Shown here one piece after another: positions 9,877 to 19,447 of a stretch of DNA of 64,000 nt. The DNA is from an uncultured delta proteobacterium. GTDB taxonomy: Bacteria > Desulfobacterota > BSN033 > UBA1163. Position 1 is the first letter of the stretch, and the number at the start of each line of letters is the position of its first letter. The stretch is taken from the NCBI GenBank assembly GCA_963827685.1, contig CAWHBU010000007.1, positions 64,001 to 128,000 of the forward strand, written 5' to 3'. Position numbers and translations under genes: made by a program. Under the pieces are notes generated by a model. The model worked only from the letters and a program-made list of their open reading frames with translations, was not told where the DNA came from and did no database searches.

Positions 9877-10985
9877 TAATACGAACGTCCTAAATAAAGT
9901 GACATAGCAGTTTATTTATGTTAATATGTGGGCATGAAAAATCCCACATTAATCTTAGAGCATAAAGAAGCCAATAAAGAGCGTTTATTAGCATTAGCCG
10001 AACAAATATCAGGGGCTTGGATAGGCATAAAGATAGCCGCCTTACTCCTGGTGCTTGAAGGGCAACGTCCGGGATGGATAACCGAGGTGTTAGGGTTGAC
10101 CCGGATGAGTTTAAGCCGATGGATTCACGGGGTGAACAAAGACGGCTTAGAGTTCTTAAAATCCAAGCCAAGATCGGGAAGGCCTCCACGGTTAGAGACA
10201 AAGATTCAAAGGGTGCTGGAGGGACACTTAGAGAAGTCTCCGCGGGAATTTGGTTTAAACCGGACTCAATGGGATGGGCCAACGGTTGCGATTCATCTGA
10301 AACGGTCTTTCGGGATAAACCTGAAGGTGCGGCAAGCCCAACGCTGGATGCATCATTTGGGTTATCGGTTAAAGAGAGCGAGTTATTCTTATCTTCAAGC
10401 ACAAAGCCAAGAAGCCCGAAAGTTCCAGCGGGCTTTAAAAAAAACTTGAGTCCCTGGGGCCAAAAGAGACAATTGTATTCCAGGATGAGACAGGCTTTAC
10501 GATGCACCCCAGGCTTAGCCGGGGCTGGGCGAAAAAAGGAAAGCGTCTTAAGATTCCCACGACCAGCCAGCATCGTATCCGTTTGAATATCTCTGGGTGG
10601 GTCAATCCTTTGCTTGGACGCTATGGCATGATTCAGACAAAACGGGGGGATAGAGAAGGGTTTCTCAAACTTTTGCGCCACCTCTATGGAAGGTTTAAAG
10701 AATATACCATTTGGCTTTATGTCGACAGGGCCCGCTGGCACAGAGGCGATCCCATCGAACAATTTCTTAAAAAACATCCGAGGCTCCATATCGAATATTT
10801 ACCCCCGTATCAACCGGGATTAAACGTGCAAGAACGGATTTGGCGCAGTGTTCGCTATGAATCCACCACCAACCGTTGGTTTGAAAACCTTGATAATCTT
10901 TGGTCTGTCGTTTGTAAAACAACTCGCTCATGGTCTTGTCAAAAGATTCGTAGGCTATGTAACATTACTTAATGCGTTTGTATTA
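9877..10985 (+). mobile_element. IS630-family insertion sequence
   Basis: Imperfect 32 bp terminal inverted repeats beginning with TA (TAATACGAACGTCCTAAATAAAGTGACATAGC vs reverse complement TAATACAAACGCATTAAGTAATGTTACATAGC, 25/32 identical). Encodes HTH and DDE ORFs. Confidence 0.92.
9934..10972 (+). CDS. IS630 transposase, split in two frames at an A8 run
   Basis: OrfA 9934-10449 is a winged HTH (PRSGRPPRL, LGYRLKR). The OrfB frame carries FQDETGF, VDRARWH and LPPYQPGLNVQERIW. Joining needs a +1 (or -2) shift at A8 10437-10444. Confidence 0.88.
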
Positions 10986-11000
10986 ATAACTCCGAACTTT

Positions 11001-12314
11001 TTATTCTAATTCATTTTCCACTCGGATGACCATCGTTTTTCCCAAAATCACACCCAGCCGATCGATTTCCTTTAGGGCACGATGGACGTTCTTCTCTTTG
11101 GCCTCATGGGTCATCATCACAATAGGTACAGAACCTTTGATCCGCCTTCCCTTTTGGATTACCGAAACGATGCTGATGTCATTCTTTCCTAAGATTCCCG
11201 AAATCTTCGAAAGCACACCGGGTCGATCCAATGCTGAGAACCTCATGTAGTAAGGCATGACCACCTCCTCGATTCTCTTAAGAGGATTTTTTTCAATGGC
11301 AAACTCCTGATAAGAGAGAGAAGGCACTCGATGCCCCTTGGCTTGCACGAGGAGATTTCTCCCCAGTTCCACAAGATCGCTCACGACCGCACTGCCAGTG
11401 GGCATCTGCCCTGCCCCCTGGCCATAAAAGAGCGCGGGGCCAACAGCGTCACCCTTAATATAAATAGCATTGAAAACTCCCTCCACCGTTGAAAGTAAAT
11501 GTCCCTCTGGAATCATGGTGGGATGAACGCGAGCTTCTATCTTCCCCTTCTCCATTTTGGCAATGGCCAAGAGCTTAATACGATACCCAAATTCTCGACC
11601 GAATTGTATATCCAGAGGTGTGATCTCAGAAATTCCTCCGATGAAGATTTCATTAAATCGTAGAGGCGTTCCAAAAGCAAGGCGGATCAGAATGGCAAGC
11701 TTGTGAGCCGCATCGATCCCCTCGATGTCATAGGTCGGGTCCGCCTCTGCATATCCTTTCTCTTGGGCTTCCTTTAAGACTTCTTTAAAGTCTCCTCCTT
11801 CATCCGTCATCTTGGAAAGGATGTAGTTAGACGTCCCGTTTAGAATCCCGAAGATCGAATGGATTCGGTTGGCAACCAAACCTTCTTTAATCGACCGGAT
11901 GAGTGGAATGCCTCCCCCAACAGCAGCTTCGAAGTTGACGTCCACGCCAAAGCGGTGGCCTTCCCTGAAGATCTCATCCCCATGAAGGGCGAGGAGGGCT
12001 TTGTTGGCTGTAACGATATGTTTCTTATTCCGAATGGCTTTCAGAATAAAAGTTTTTGCAGGCTCAATGCCTCCGATTAACTCCATGACGATATCGATTT
12101 CAGGATCCTTGATCACCTCCTCGGCTCCCCGAGTGAGGACCCCCGGTTTTAACTTCACGCCGCGGTCGGTCTCCAAATCGATGTCAGCAATTCGCTTCAG
12201 GACGAGCTTGGCGCCCATACGCTTTTCGATCAGCCCAGAATTCTTCTGGAGGATTCTTACAACGCCAGAACCTACTGTCCCAAAACCGATCAGACCAACC
12301 TTAATCTCACGCAT
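11001..12314 (-). CDS. hom: Homoserine dehydrogenase with C-terminal ACT domain
   Basis: GFGTVG, VTANKALLA, FEAAVGGGIP, GILNGTSNYIL, GYAEADP, ACT motif DRPGVLSKI. Confidence 0.96.
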   Translation of the reverse strand: MREIKVGLIGFGTVGSGVVRILQKNSGLIEKRMGAKLVLKRIADIDLETDRGVKLKPGVLTRGAEEVIKDPEIDIVMELIGGIEPAKTFILKAIRNKKHIVTANKALLALHGDEIFREGHRFGVDVNFEAAVGGGIPLIRSIKEGLVANRIHSIFGILNGTSNYILSKMTDEGGDFKEVLKEAQEKGYAEADPTYDIEGIDAAHKLAILIRLAFGTPLRFNEIFIGGISEITPLDIQFGREFGYRIKLLAIAKMEKGKIEARVHPTMIPEGHLLSTVEGVFNAIYIKGDAVGPALFYGQGAGQMPTGSAVVSDLVELGRNLLVQAKGHRVPSLSYQEFAIEKNPLKRIEEVVMPYYMRFSALDRPGVLSKISGILGKNDISIVSVIQKGRRIKGSVPIVMMTHEAKEKNVHRALKEIDRLGVILGKTMVIRVENELE

Positions 12315-12367
12315 AAGAATCTTCCCTCTGCTCTCTCAAGAGTTAGTTCGATGATTGGCGCCCAGAT

Positions 12368-12530
12368 AAATTCCAAATTACAAGCACCAATCCCGCCAAG
12401 GCGGGACCAAACAAATTCCAATTTTCCAAATTCCAAATAAAACAGTTTTGGTCATTAATTATTAAAGATTTGGATCTCCTGCCTGCCGGTAGGCAGGTAT
12501 TTGTAATTTGAAATTTGGGATTTGGAATTT
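12368..12530. repeat. Inverted heptamer (CCAAATT/AATTTGG) repeat block with nested palindromes
   Basis: Tandem TTCCAAA units on the left and ATTTGG units on the right. Nested CCCGCCAAGGCGGG and CCTGCCTGCCGGTAGGCAGG (12478-12497). Confidence 0.75.
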
Positions 12531-12534
12531 ATCC

Positions 12535-13734
12535 TTATATCCCTTTTTTCAGAACCTTTTGAATCCCCTTGACCGCCTGTTTGATGCGGGCCTCGTTCTC
12601 AACCAATGCAAACCTCACAAAACCCTCTCCATACTCGCCAAAACCGATTCCTGGGGAAACAGCCACTTTTCCTTCCATTAATAAGTGCTTTGAAAAGTCA
12701 ATCGACCCCATCTTCTTGAAGGGTTTTGGAATCTCTGCCCACACAAACATCGTTCCTTTCGGTTTTTCAATCTCCCAACCCACTCGCTTCAATCCATTGA
12801 CGAGGGCATCTCTCCTCTTCCGATATTCCTCTACGGTTTGACGAACACAATCCTGATCTTCATTGAGGGCAATGATGCCGGCAATCTGAATGGGTTGAAA
12901 GACTCCGTAATCCAAGTAACTCTTCAGTCTTGCCAAGGCAGCCAGCATCTCGGCATTCCCCACTGCGAAACCCACCCGCCAACCGGGCATATTGTAACTT
13001 TTGGAAAGAGAGTAGAATTCCACCCCCACATCCTTTGCCCCTTTGACCTGAAGGAGGCTGGGTGCCTTATATCCATCGAAGACGATATCCCCGTAGGCTA
13101 AATCGTGAACGATCATCAGATGATGCTCTTTCGCAAAAGCGACCAGATCTTCGAAGAAATTGAGATCCACCACGATGGTCGTGGGATTATGAGGGAAACT
13201 CACGATGATCATCTTGGGGTGAGGCCAGGTCTGCTTGGTAGCTGTCAATAGCTTCTGAAAGAAATCCCCTCCCCCCATCAAAGGAACTGAACGCAGATCT
13301 CCTCCTGCAATCACCACCGAATAGGCATGGATGGGGTAGGTCGGATCCGGAACAAGGACAACATCTCCAGGCCCCACGGTCGCTAAAGCCAGATGTCCGA
13401 GTCCTTCCTTAGCGCCGATGGTAACCACACTCTCTGTCTCTGGATCGAGATCGACATCGTAACGTCTTCGGTACCAGCCGGTGATCGCACATCTCAGTTT
13501 ATAAATCCCTTTCGACGCAGAGTATCGGTGATTCCTCGAATTTTTTACGGCATCAATTAATTTGTTAACGATGTGTTTGGGCGTAGGCAGATCAGGATTT
13601 CCCATGCCCAAGTCAATGATATCCTCTCCCCTTCGTCTTGCCTCTATCTTCAATTGATTGACAATGCCGAAGATATAAGGCGGGAGCCTCTGAATTCGAT
13701 GAAATCCAGACCCTTCAGGATGAAACATTTCCAT
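12535..13734 (-). CDS. alaC: Class I/II PLP aminotransferase (AlaC/YfdZ-like)
   Basis: [43 protein letters not shown]. Upstream of hom, a known conserved arrangement. Confidence 0.85.
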   Translation of the reverse strand: MEMFHPEGSGFHRIQRLPPYIFGIVNQLKIEARRRGEDIIDLGMGNPDLPTPKHIVNKLIDAVKNSRNHRYSASKGIYKLRCAITGWYRRRYDVDLDPETESVVTIGAKEGLGHLALATVGPGDVVLVPDPTYPIHAYSVVIAGGDLRSVPLMGGGDFFQKLLTATKQTWPHPKMIIVSFPHNPTTIVVDLNFFEDLVAFAKEHHLMIVHDLAYGDIVFDGYKAPSLLQVKGAKDVGVEFYSLSKSYNMPGWRVGFAVGNAEMLAALARLKSYLDYGVFQPIQIAGIIALNEDQDCVRQTVEEYRKRRDALVNGLKRVGWEIEKPKGTMFVWAEIPKPFKKMGSIDFSKHLLMEGKVAVSPGIGFGEYGEGFVRFALVENEARIKQAVKGIQKVLKKGI

Positions 13735-13809
13735 TTTGTCTTCCTTCCAAAAAATGCAAGGTGGCTTTCCTTGCCTTTTGCAGTCAGGTTTGAACGATTA
13801 GAATTCAAT

Positions 13810-13946
13810 GTGTCCCGGACACGAAACACGCGACACGCCTGCGTGCCAGAACGCCTGTCTGCGCGAAGCCCCGCCTACCAAAGCCTTGTGCGGCGGGCAG
13901 GCGCTCCGGCGAAGGCAGGCACTTCGGCGTGCAGGCACGGACACGT
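13810..13946. repeat. Cluster of nested GC-rich palindromes
   Basis: GCCTGCGTGCC...GCACTTCGGCGTGCAGGC encloses CCTGTCTGCGCGAAGC...CCGGCGAAGGCAGG, which itself encloses a third hairpin, all within GACACG repeats. Confidence 0.7.
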
Positions 13947-13993
13947 TATTTAACAAAAGGGTTAACACAATTTAACTTTGTTTTCAATTGATT

Positions 13994-16126
13994 TTACCCA
14001 ATGGTGGCCAGTTCCATTCTCCCTTTCCATCGCTTGATCAAAACATCCTTCAATCCGGCATGAGTAGGACGAACCAGTTCAGGGTCTTCTTGAATGAGCC
14101 GAAACGCCTCCTTTCTCGCCTCGATCAAAATGGGAGTATCCCGGATGATATGGGCCACCCTGAAATCTGGCAATCCTGATTGTCGAATGCCAAAGAATTC
14201 TCCAGGACCCCTGAGGGCCAAGTCCTCCTCGGCAATCTTAAAACCATCGGTCGTCTTCTCCATGGCGCGAAGCCGAACTTTTGCTTCCTCGGAAGACCGG
14301 TATTGGGCCAGTAATATACACTTGGAGGGGTAACGTCCTCGGCCAATTCTCCCCCTTAATTGATGGAGTTGAGAGAGGCCGAATCGCTCAGCATGTTCCA
14401 CCACCATCACAGAGGCGTTGGGAATATCGATTCCCACTTCGATCACGGTCGTGGCGACGAGGATCTGAATCCTTCCTTCCTTAACCTCCATCATGATGGC
14501 CTCTTTCTCTTCACTCTTCATCCTCCCGTGAAGCAGGCCAATCCGAAACTCTGGAAAGACTTCTCTCTGAAGGTGCTCGGCCATTCGTGTTGCATCCTTG
14601 AGATCCAATTTCTCAGACTCCTCTACCAACGGGTAGACAACGAATGCCTGGCGGCCTTTTTTCACCTCCTCCTCAACGATACGATAAACTTTGGCCCTGG
14701 CAGGTTCAGGAAAGACCTTGGTCTCCACAGGCACTCTTCCGGGTGGCATCTCATCGATAAGTGAAACGTCAAGGTCCCCATAAATGGTCATGGCGAGCGT
14801 CCTCGGGATGGGGGTCGCTGTCATGACCAGTACGTCAGGGTTGTCCCCCTTTTTCTTCAAAAGTCCTCTTTGAACGACGCCGAATTTGTGCTGCTCATCA
14901 ATGATGGCGAGGCCCAGGCGGTTGAATTCAACCGCTTCCTGAATTACAGCATGGGTTCCGATCATCAGCTGGATATCTCCGTTCTGAATTCTTTGATAAA
15001 GATCTTCTCTCTCTGAACCCTTGACACTGCTGGTGAGCAGGGCCACTTTTACCCCCAGTGGTTCCACCCATCGATGGAGGTTAAGAAAGTGTTGTTCGGC
15101 CAAAACTTCAGTGGGTGCCATAATGGCAGCCTGATAACCGCATTCGACCACATACAGACAGGTTAAGAGGGCGACGACTGTCTTTCCGCTTCCCACATCT
15201 CCCTGGATCAATCGGTTCATGGGATGGGGTTTTTCCAAATCATCCTTGATCTCTGCCAAAACCCTCTCCTGGGCACGGGTTAATTTGAAAGAGAGAAGAT
15301 CTAATAATTTCTGGACTAAGAGGCCGTCGGTTTTAAAAGAGATCCCTGTCTCCAGTGCCACTCCTCTTTTCTTCAACGCCATACCAAGTTCCAAGAAAAA
15401 AAATTCATCAAAGATTATCCGTCGGTGACCATCTGAACGCTGAAGATCAAGGACATCAATGGGTTCTCCCTCAGGAGGGAAATGGACCCTCCGGAAGGCT
15501 TCTGAAAAATCAATCAGGTCCTGTCGCTCAACAATCTCTGGTGGAATGGGACTCGAAAGCTCATCCGCATATCCATCCAAGATGGTTTTCATCAACCTCC
15601 TCAACGTTCTCTGATAAAGCCCTTCTGTTTCGGAATAGATGGGAACGATCCGTTTGAAGTTGAGATAATCCTTCTCAATGTCCCCATCCACGATTTCTAC
15701 GTCGGGATGATGAATCTCTCTCTGATAATTAAACCACCTCACCTCACCAGAGAAAATCAGTTGACGCCCTTTCTTAAATCGTTCCCTGAGATATCTCTCG
15801 TTACCATGAAACCACTTCAATGTGATCGTACCGCTCCCATCCCCGACCACTGTCTCAAAGACTCTTTTCTTCTTGTTCTGATAAAATGCAACTCCCGACA
15901 GCAGTATCTCACCAAAACCTGTCTCCTTTCTTCCGGCTTTGAGTTCGGAGATCTTTTTGAGGTTGCTTCGATCTTCATAGCATCGTGGGAGAAAGTAGAG
16001 GGCATCCTCAACGGTCAGAATCCCCTTTTTCTCAAAGAGCTTGGCCAGTTTGGGCCCTACCCCTTTCACATACTGAATGGGGGTGAGGAGACGATTCCGT
16101 AAATGCTGAGGCTGTGACCGATTCAT
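13994..16126 (-). CDS. recG: ATP-dependent DNA helicase RecG
   Basis: MNRLIQGDVGSGKT, IIDEQHKFG, MTATPIPRTL, FGLSQLHQLRGRIGRG, RGPGEFFG. Confidence 0.97.
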   Translation of the reverse strand: MNRSQPQHLRNRLLTPIQYVKGVGPKLAKLFEKKGILTVEDALYFLPRCYEDRSNLKKISELKAGRKETGFGEILLSGVAFYQNKKKRVFETVVGDGSGTITLKWFHGNERYLRERFKKGRQLIFSGEVRWFNYQREIHHPDVEIVDGDIEKDYLNFKRIVPIYSETEGLYQRTLRRLMKTILDGYADELSSPIPPEIVERQDLIDFSEAFRRVHFPPEGEPIDVLDLQRSDGHRRIIFDEFFFLELGMALKKRGVALETGISFKTDGLLVQKLLDLLSFKLTRAQERVLAEIKDDLEKPHPMNRLIQGDVGSGKTVVALLTCLYVVECGYQAAIMAPTEVLAEQHFLNLHRWVEPLGVKVALLTSSVKGSEREDLYQRIQNGDIQLMIGTHAVIQEAVEFNRLGLAIIDEQHKFGVVQRGLLKKKGDNPDVLVMTATPIPRTLAMTIYGDLDVSLIDEMPPGRVPVETKVFPEPARAKVYRIVEEEVKKGRQAFVVYPLVEESEKLDLKDATRMAEHLQREVFPEFRIGLLHGRMKSEEKEAIMMEVKEGRIQILVATTVIEVGIDIPNASVMVVEHAERFGLSQLHQLRGRIGRGRYPSKCILLAQYRSSEEAKVRLRAMEKTTDGFKIAEEDLALRGPGEFFGIRQSGLPDFRVAHIIRDTPILIEARKEAFRLIQEDPELVRPTHAGLKDVLIKRWKGRMELATIG

Positions 16127-16150
16127 CTACTTTTTATTTTCCATAATTTA

Positions 16151-16245
16151 TTACCCTCCCCCTTGACGGGGGAGGGTAAGGGTGGGGGTGATAAAAGAAC
16201 TTTATTTCCCCCTCCCCTTTATCCCCTCCCACCAAGGGAGGGGAG
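16151..16245. repeat. Inverted doublet of CCCTCCCC...GGGGAGGG REP-like hairpins
   Basis: Copies at 16151-16191 and 16207-16245 lie in opposite orientation. The second is translated as the C-terminus (PLPWWEGIKGRG) of the 16202-16456 ORF. Confidence 0.8.
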
Positions 16246-16456
16246 TTTTTCGAGCAAGATGATTTCTTACGGGCTCTGAAACCACTTTGACATAGATTTT
16301 TTTACATGAGGGACATTGGATCTTATTCTCCCCTACCTTCAGATCAAATTGGTCATAAGAGACGGGTCGATCACAATAAGGACAACGATAGGAAAACTTC
16401 TGAATCACCTGCTCTTCTAATTTCGTGTTCTTATAACGTCTATTTCTCCCTTTCAT
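16202..16456 (-). CDS. Small zinc-ribbon protein
   Basis: CPYC ... CPSC motif pair. Confidence 0.65.
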   Translation of the reverse strand: MKGRNRRYKNTKLEEQVIQKFSYRCPYCDRPVSYDQFDLKVGENKIQCPSCKKIYVKVVSEPVRNHLARKTPLPWWEGIKGRGK

Positions 16457-16639
16457 TGAGAGCCTTTAACCTATAGCCTCTAACCTAATTTTCTCAAAAC
16501 TATACTAAAACTGTTCCTAAGAATCAAGGAACAGTAAATGGACCAGCGAAAAAGAATGTGTTGGAATACCAAGTTATGAGGGATCGGAGGCAGAAATGGG
16601 TGGTTTATAAAATCTTAGCAACCTGGGCTCTTATCATTC

Positions 16640-16677
16640 AAAAAAAGAGGTTGAGAAATCATCCCAACCTCTTTTTT
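16640..16677 (-). terminator. Rho-independent terminator (bidirectional)
   Basis: AAAAAAAGAGGTTG-loop-CAACCTCTTTTTT downstream of the DUF2950 gene. Confidence 0.75.
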
Positions 16678-16724
16678 CCCTGGTGCCTGAGACCAGAGTC
16701 GAAAATGAATGCTACTCAAAAGAT

Positions 16725-17687
16725 TTATTCTACCTTCTTCCAGGTTTTGTCAGGATCGAATTTCTTCATGGCTGTTGCAACGTTCTCAGTATCTTTACCC
16801 AAATTCTTCTCGTACACGACGCCATCCTGGTTCACGATAAAGGTCATGACCCCGGAGTTGCCGTATTCCGCGGGATAGGCAACCAGGGCAAATCCGCCGA
16901 TCATCTTTCCTTTGACCACGTAATCGTATTCTCCTCCTGATGCGTGCTTACCCTGGAATTTTAAAATCCTGTAGTAATACCCATGGTAAGGGCTTCGTTT
17001 TCCAACGGGCCTCTCACCAGAGTATCCCTCCGTGGCAGCCTTGGCCATTAAGGGACCAAGAGGGCTTTCGGGTTCGCCCTCTTTCGCCTCCCAGTAAAGG
17101 CCATCCTTCATCCCTTTCCTGCTGATCAATCTCTGGGCATATTCCAGTAACTTGCCGCTGTCCTTGTCCTTCAGCGCATATTCCCGCTGGGCGTCCACGT
17201 AGGCTAGGCACACTTGAATCGCATTAAGTTCGTTACGGCCGACTCTGCGGTTGAGGACCTCTTCCTTCCCCGCCGTCGTATCGAATAGCCAAGAATCACC
17301 CTTCTTGACAACAGGAATTGGAAATGGCCAGTCTCCATTTCCTACATGGAGGATGACCTTCGTCTCGCTCTCATTCACCAGTTTGTTCATTTCCTCAAAG
17401 GCCTTGATGAAATGTTCTCTTCCGGTCTTGTCGGCAACCTCGTCTCCGGAAAAAATTAATTCCTTCCCTGAAGAACCGAAGATCGCCAACAATTCCTTTG
17501 TATCATTTTCCTTGACCGCTTTGGCCAGAGCCTCCACAGCCTCTCCGGGAGACTTGAACGTTCTTTGGCCCCCCTCTGCTGAAAACGCACTCTGACAAAC
17601 GCCAGCTAACATCACCACTCCCGCTATGATTGCAAAAACAGAGAGGCGCATCGAATGCTTTTTTTGATTCCCTGCATTGATAAACAT
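16725..17687 (-). CDS. DUF2950 family periplasmic protein
   Basis: WPFPIP, RRVGRNELNAI, DGLYW, PYHGYYYRIL, YGNSGVMTFIVNQDG. RBS GGAGG precedes ATG 17687. Confidence 0.88.
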   Translation of the reverse strand: MFINAGNQKKHSMRLSVFAIIAGVVMLAGVCQSAFSAEGGQRTFKSPGEAVEALAKAVKENDTKELLAIFGSSGKELIFSGDEVADKTGREHFIKAFEEMNKLVNESETKVILHVGNGDWPFPIPVVKKGDSWLFDTTAGKEEVLNRRVGRNELNAIQVCLAYVDAQREYALKDKDSGKLLEYAQRLISRKGMKDGLYWEAKEGEPESPLGPLMAKAATEGYSGERPVGKRSPYHGYYYRILKFQGKHASGGEYDYVVKGKMIGGFALVAYPAEYGNSGVMTFIVNQDGVVYEKNLGKDTENVATAMKKFDPDKTWKKVE

Positions 17688-17739
17688 CGCTTTTTCCTCC
17701 GTCGAACTATTGATGATGTTCAAATCGTCTGCTCGAGCT

Positions 17740-18891
17740 CTAACGGCGACGGCCAACATTGCCCCTGCTCACACCGCTCGTTCCTCTTGAAGGCATGCTC
17801 TGTCGGCTTTGGAAGCCGCGGTTGCTCTGCATTCGTGCATCGCTTCCCCGCCCCACGCCCCCAAAGGCACTTTTATTCTTACTGAGATCCAGGCTCTTTT
17901 GAACTGAGCCAGCAGTCACTCTTGGCTGTTCGAAGCTTTGGCGAGTGGTTACCGGAGCCTGCTGATATCTTGTCTGCGGTTCGAAGCCCCGGAAGTCTCG
18001 GCGGGTCTCCACTCCTTTTAGCGACTGGCCATAGCGTTGCCGGGTCGCCTCGTTCCTGTAGGAAATGCCCTTCCGATGGCTCGCGTCATGCTGCCACCGA
18101 GTGGTTTGTATATTTGTAGCGGCGATGTCTATGTTGCGATTAATGTTTATGTGGCGGTCGGTGTTTACATTAAGGTGATGATTCCTCCAATCCCAGTGCC
18201 CCCACGCATGGCCCCAGGACCTACCCACGCCGATGCCCCTCCCAAACCCCATTCGACCGTGAAAACCGATAACCATCCCGGAAGAAGGCAGGAAGAAAAA
18301 GGGAGGGAAACCCGGGTACCACCAAGGGCCATAGATCTCGGTCGGATCATAGACCGGCACATAGACCACGTCGGGCTGTGCTGGCTCGATCTCGATAGCC
18401 CCCTCCTGCACAATCACCCTCTGTTGTTCAGTGTCCCCCAAGTTACCTGCAGCCTGGGCCCTGGTCCTCAATCTCTGGACTGTATCCATCACCTCATCCT
18501 GTTGATCCAGAAAAGCGTCTCCCAGCTTCTGCGTCCACTCCAACTTTTCGTCCATCATCGACAAGACTTGTTGAAAAGGCACCAGAGCCTTTACGCTGGG
18601 GTCCCAGTCTTGCTGGTCCAGGGCGTTGTTGAGCTGATCACCCGTGAGATTTCTATTTGCCTTTGTCCACCGGTCTGCCTGCACTACTTCGAGGGGATAG
18701 GTAGCTGCCATCAGAATCTGGGCCAGAAGTGAATCGGGATAGAGCGCAATAGGTGCCAGCATCTGGTCCAATTCTTCTTGCCCGAATCTTCTTGCCGCCG
18801 GCTGGTCCTGCGCAAATACGAACGTTGCCGTCACCATTAACAGGACAAGAAAGCAAATCAAAGTGTGTATAAAGGTTTTTTCTGTCTTCAT
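17740..18891 (-). CDS. DUF3300 family protein
   Basis: ELDQMLAPIALYPDSLLAQILMAATYP, WDPSVKAL, VYVPVYDP. Usually paired with DUF2950. Confidence 0.88.
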   Translation of the reverse strand: MKTEKTFIHTLICFLVLLMVTATFVFAQDQPAARRFGQEELDQMLAPIALYPDSLLAQILMAATYPLEVVQADRWTKANRNLTGDQLNNALDQQDWDPSVKALVPFQQVLSMMDEKLEWTQKLGDAFLDQQDEVMDTVQRLRTRAQAAGNLGDTEQQRVIVQEGAIEIEPAQPDVVYVPVYDPTEIYGPWWYPGFPPFFFLPSSGMVIGFHGRMGFGRGIGVGRSWGHAWGHWDWRNHHLNVNTDRHININRNIDIAATNIQTTRWQHDASHRKGISYRNEATRQRYGQSLKGVETRRDFRGFEPQTRYQQAPVTTRQSFEQPRVTAGSVQKSLDLSKNKSAFGGVGRGSDARMQSNRGFQSRQSMPSRGTSGVSRGNVGRRR

Positions 18892-19059
18892 GGCAATCCC
18901 TTTCTCTTAGTTGATACGGAGTAACTCGTTTTGTTGTCCACCATTCTCTTACTATAATATCATATGATAGGTTACCAACAAAATCAAATTTCAAAATTCC
19001 TACGAATTATTAACATAACGAAATAATTCATTGTACTCCCCATTCACCCTTCCCCTCAA

Positions 19060-19334
19060 GAGACTGTGTCGTAATTAACGAGAGACCACTTCGGTTGCAA
19101 GACGGAACAGACGGTCAGGTGACGAAGCTTTAGACCTGCCTGCGCGAAGCCGCTTCGGCGAAGGCAGGGCGGAAACCTTTTATCGTTCAGCTACCGGGCT
19201 GCAAGCCCATGAAAAGATCATATTTGTAAGAAGCTCGATTCCCCATAACTCTAAATGACCGCATGCTAAAGCTGAGGAGTCTGACTGTCTGTTCCGCCCG
19301 TATCTGCCCTCCATCATGACTACGACACAGTTTT
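19060..19334. mobile_element. MITE (~275 bp) inserted in the loop of a REP hairpin
   Basis: Terminal inverted repeats ACTGTGTCGTA / TACGACACAGT with a CAA duplication. Removing it restores the hairpin TCACCCTTCCCC-TCAAC-GGGGGAGGGTGA. Confidence 0.75.
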
Positions 19335-19447
19335 CAACGGGGGAGGGTGAGCCGGCCGGCCGAAGCGCCCGCGCAGGCAGGGGCGCCTTGCGTCCGGGTA
19401 TCTTTGAGCAGCTACAAAAAATCAGTCTTTGGCAGCCTCTTAGGAAT

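Noticed and set aside
9890-10789. 299 aa antisense ORF in the IS630 element
   Set aside because: It is the shadow of the transposase on the opposite strand and has no motifs.
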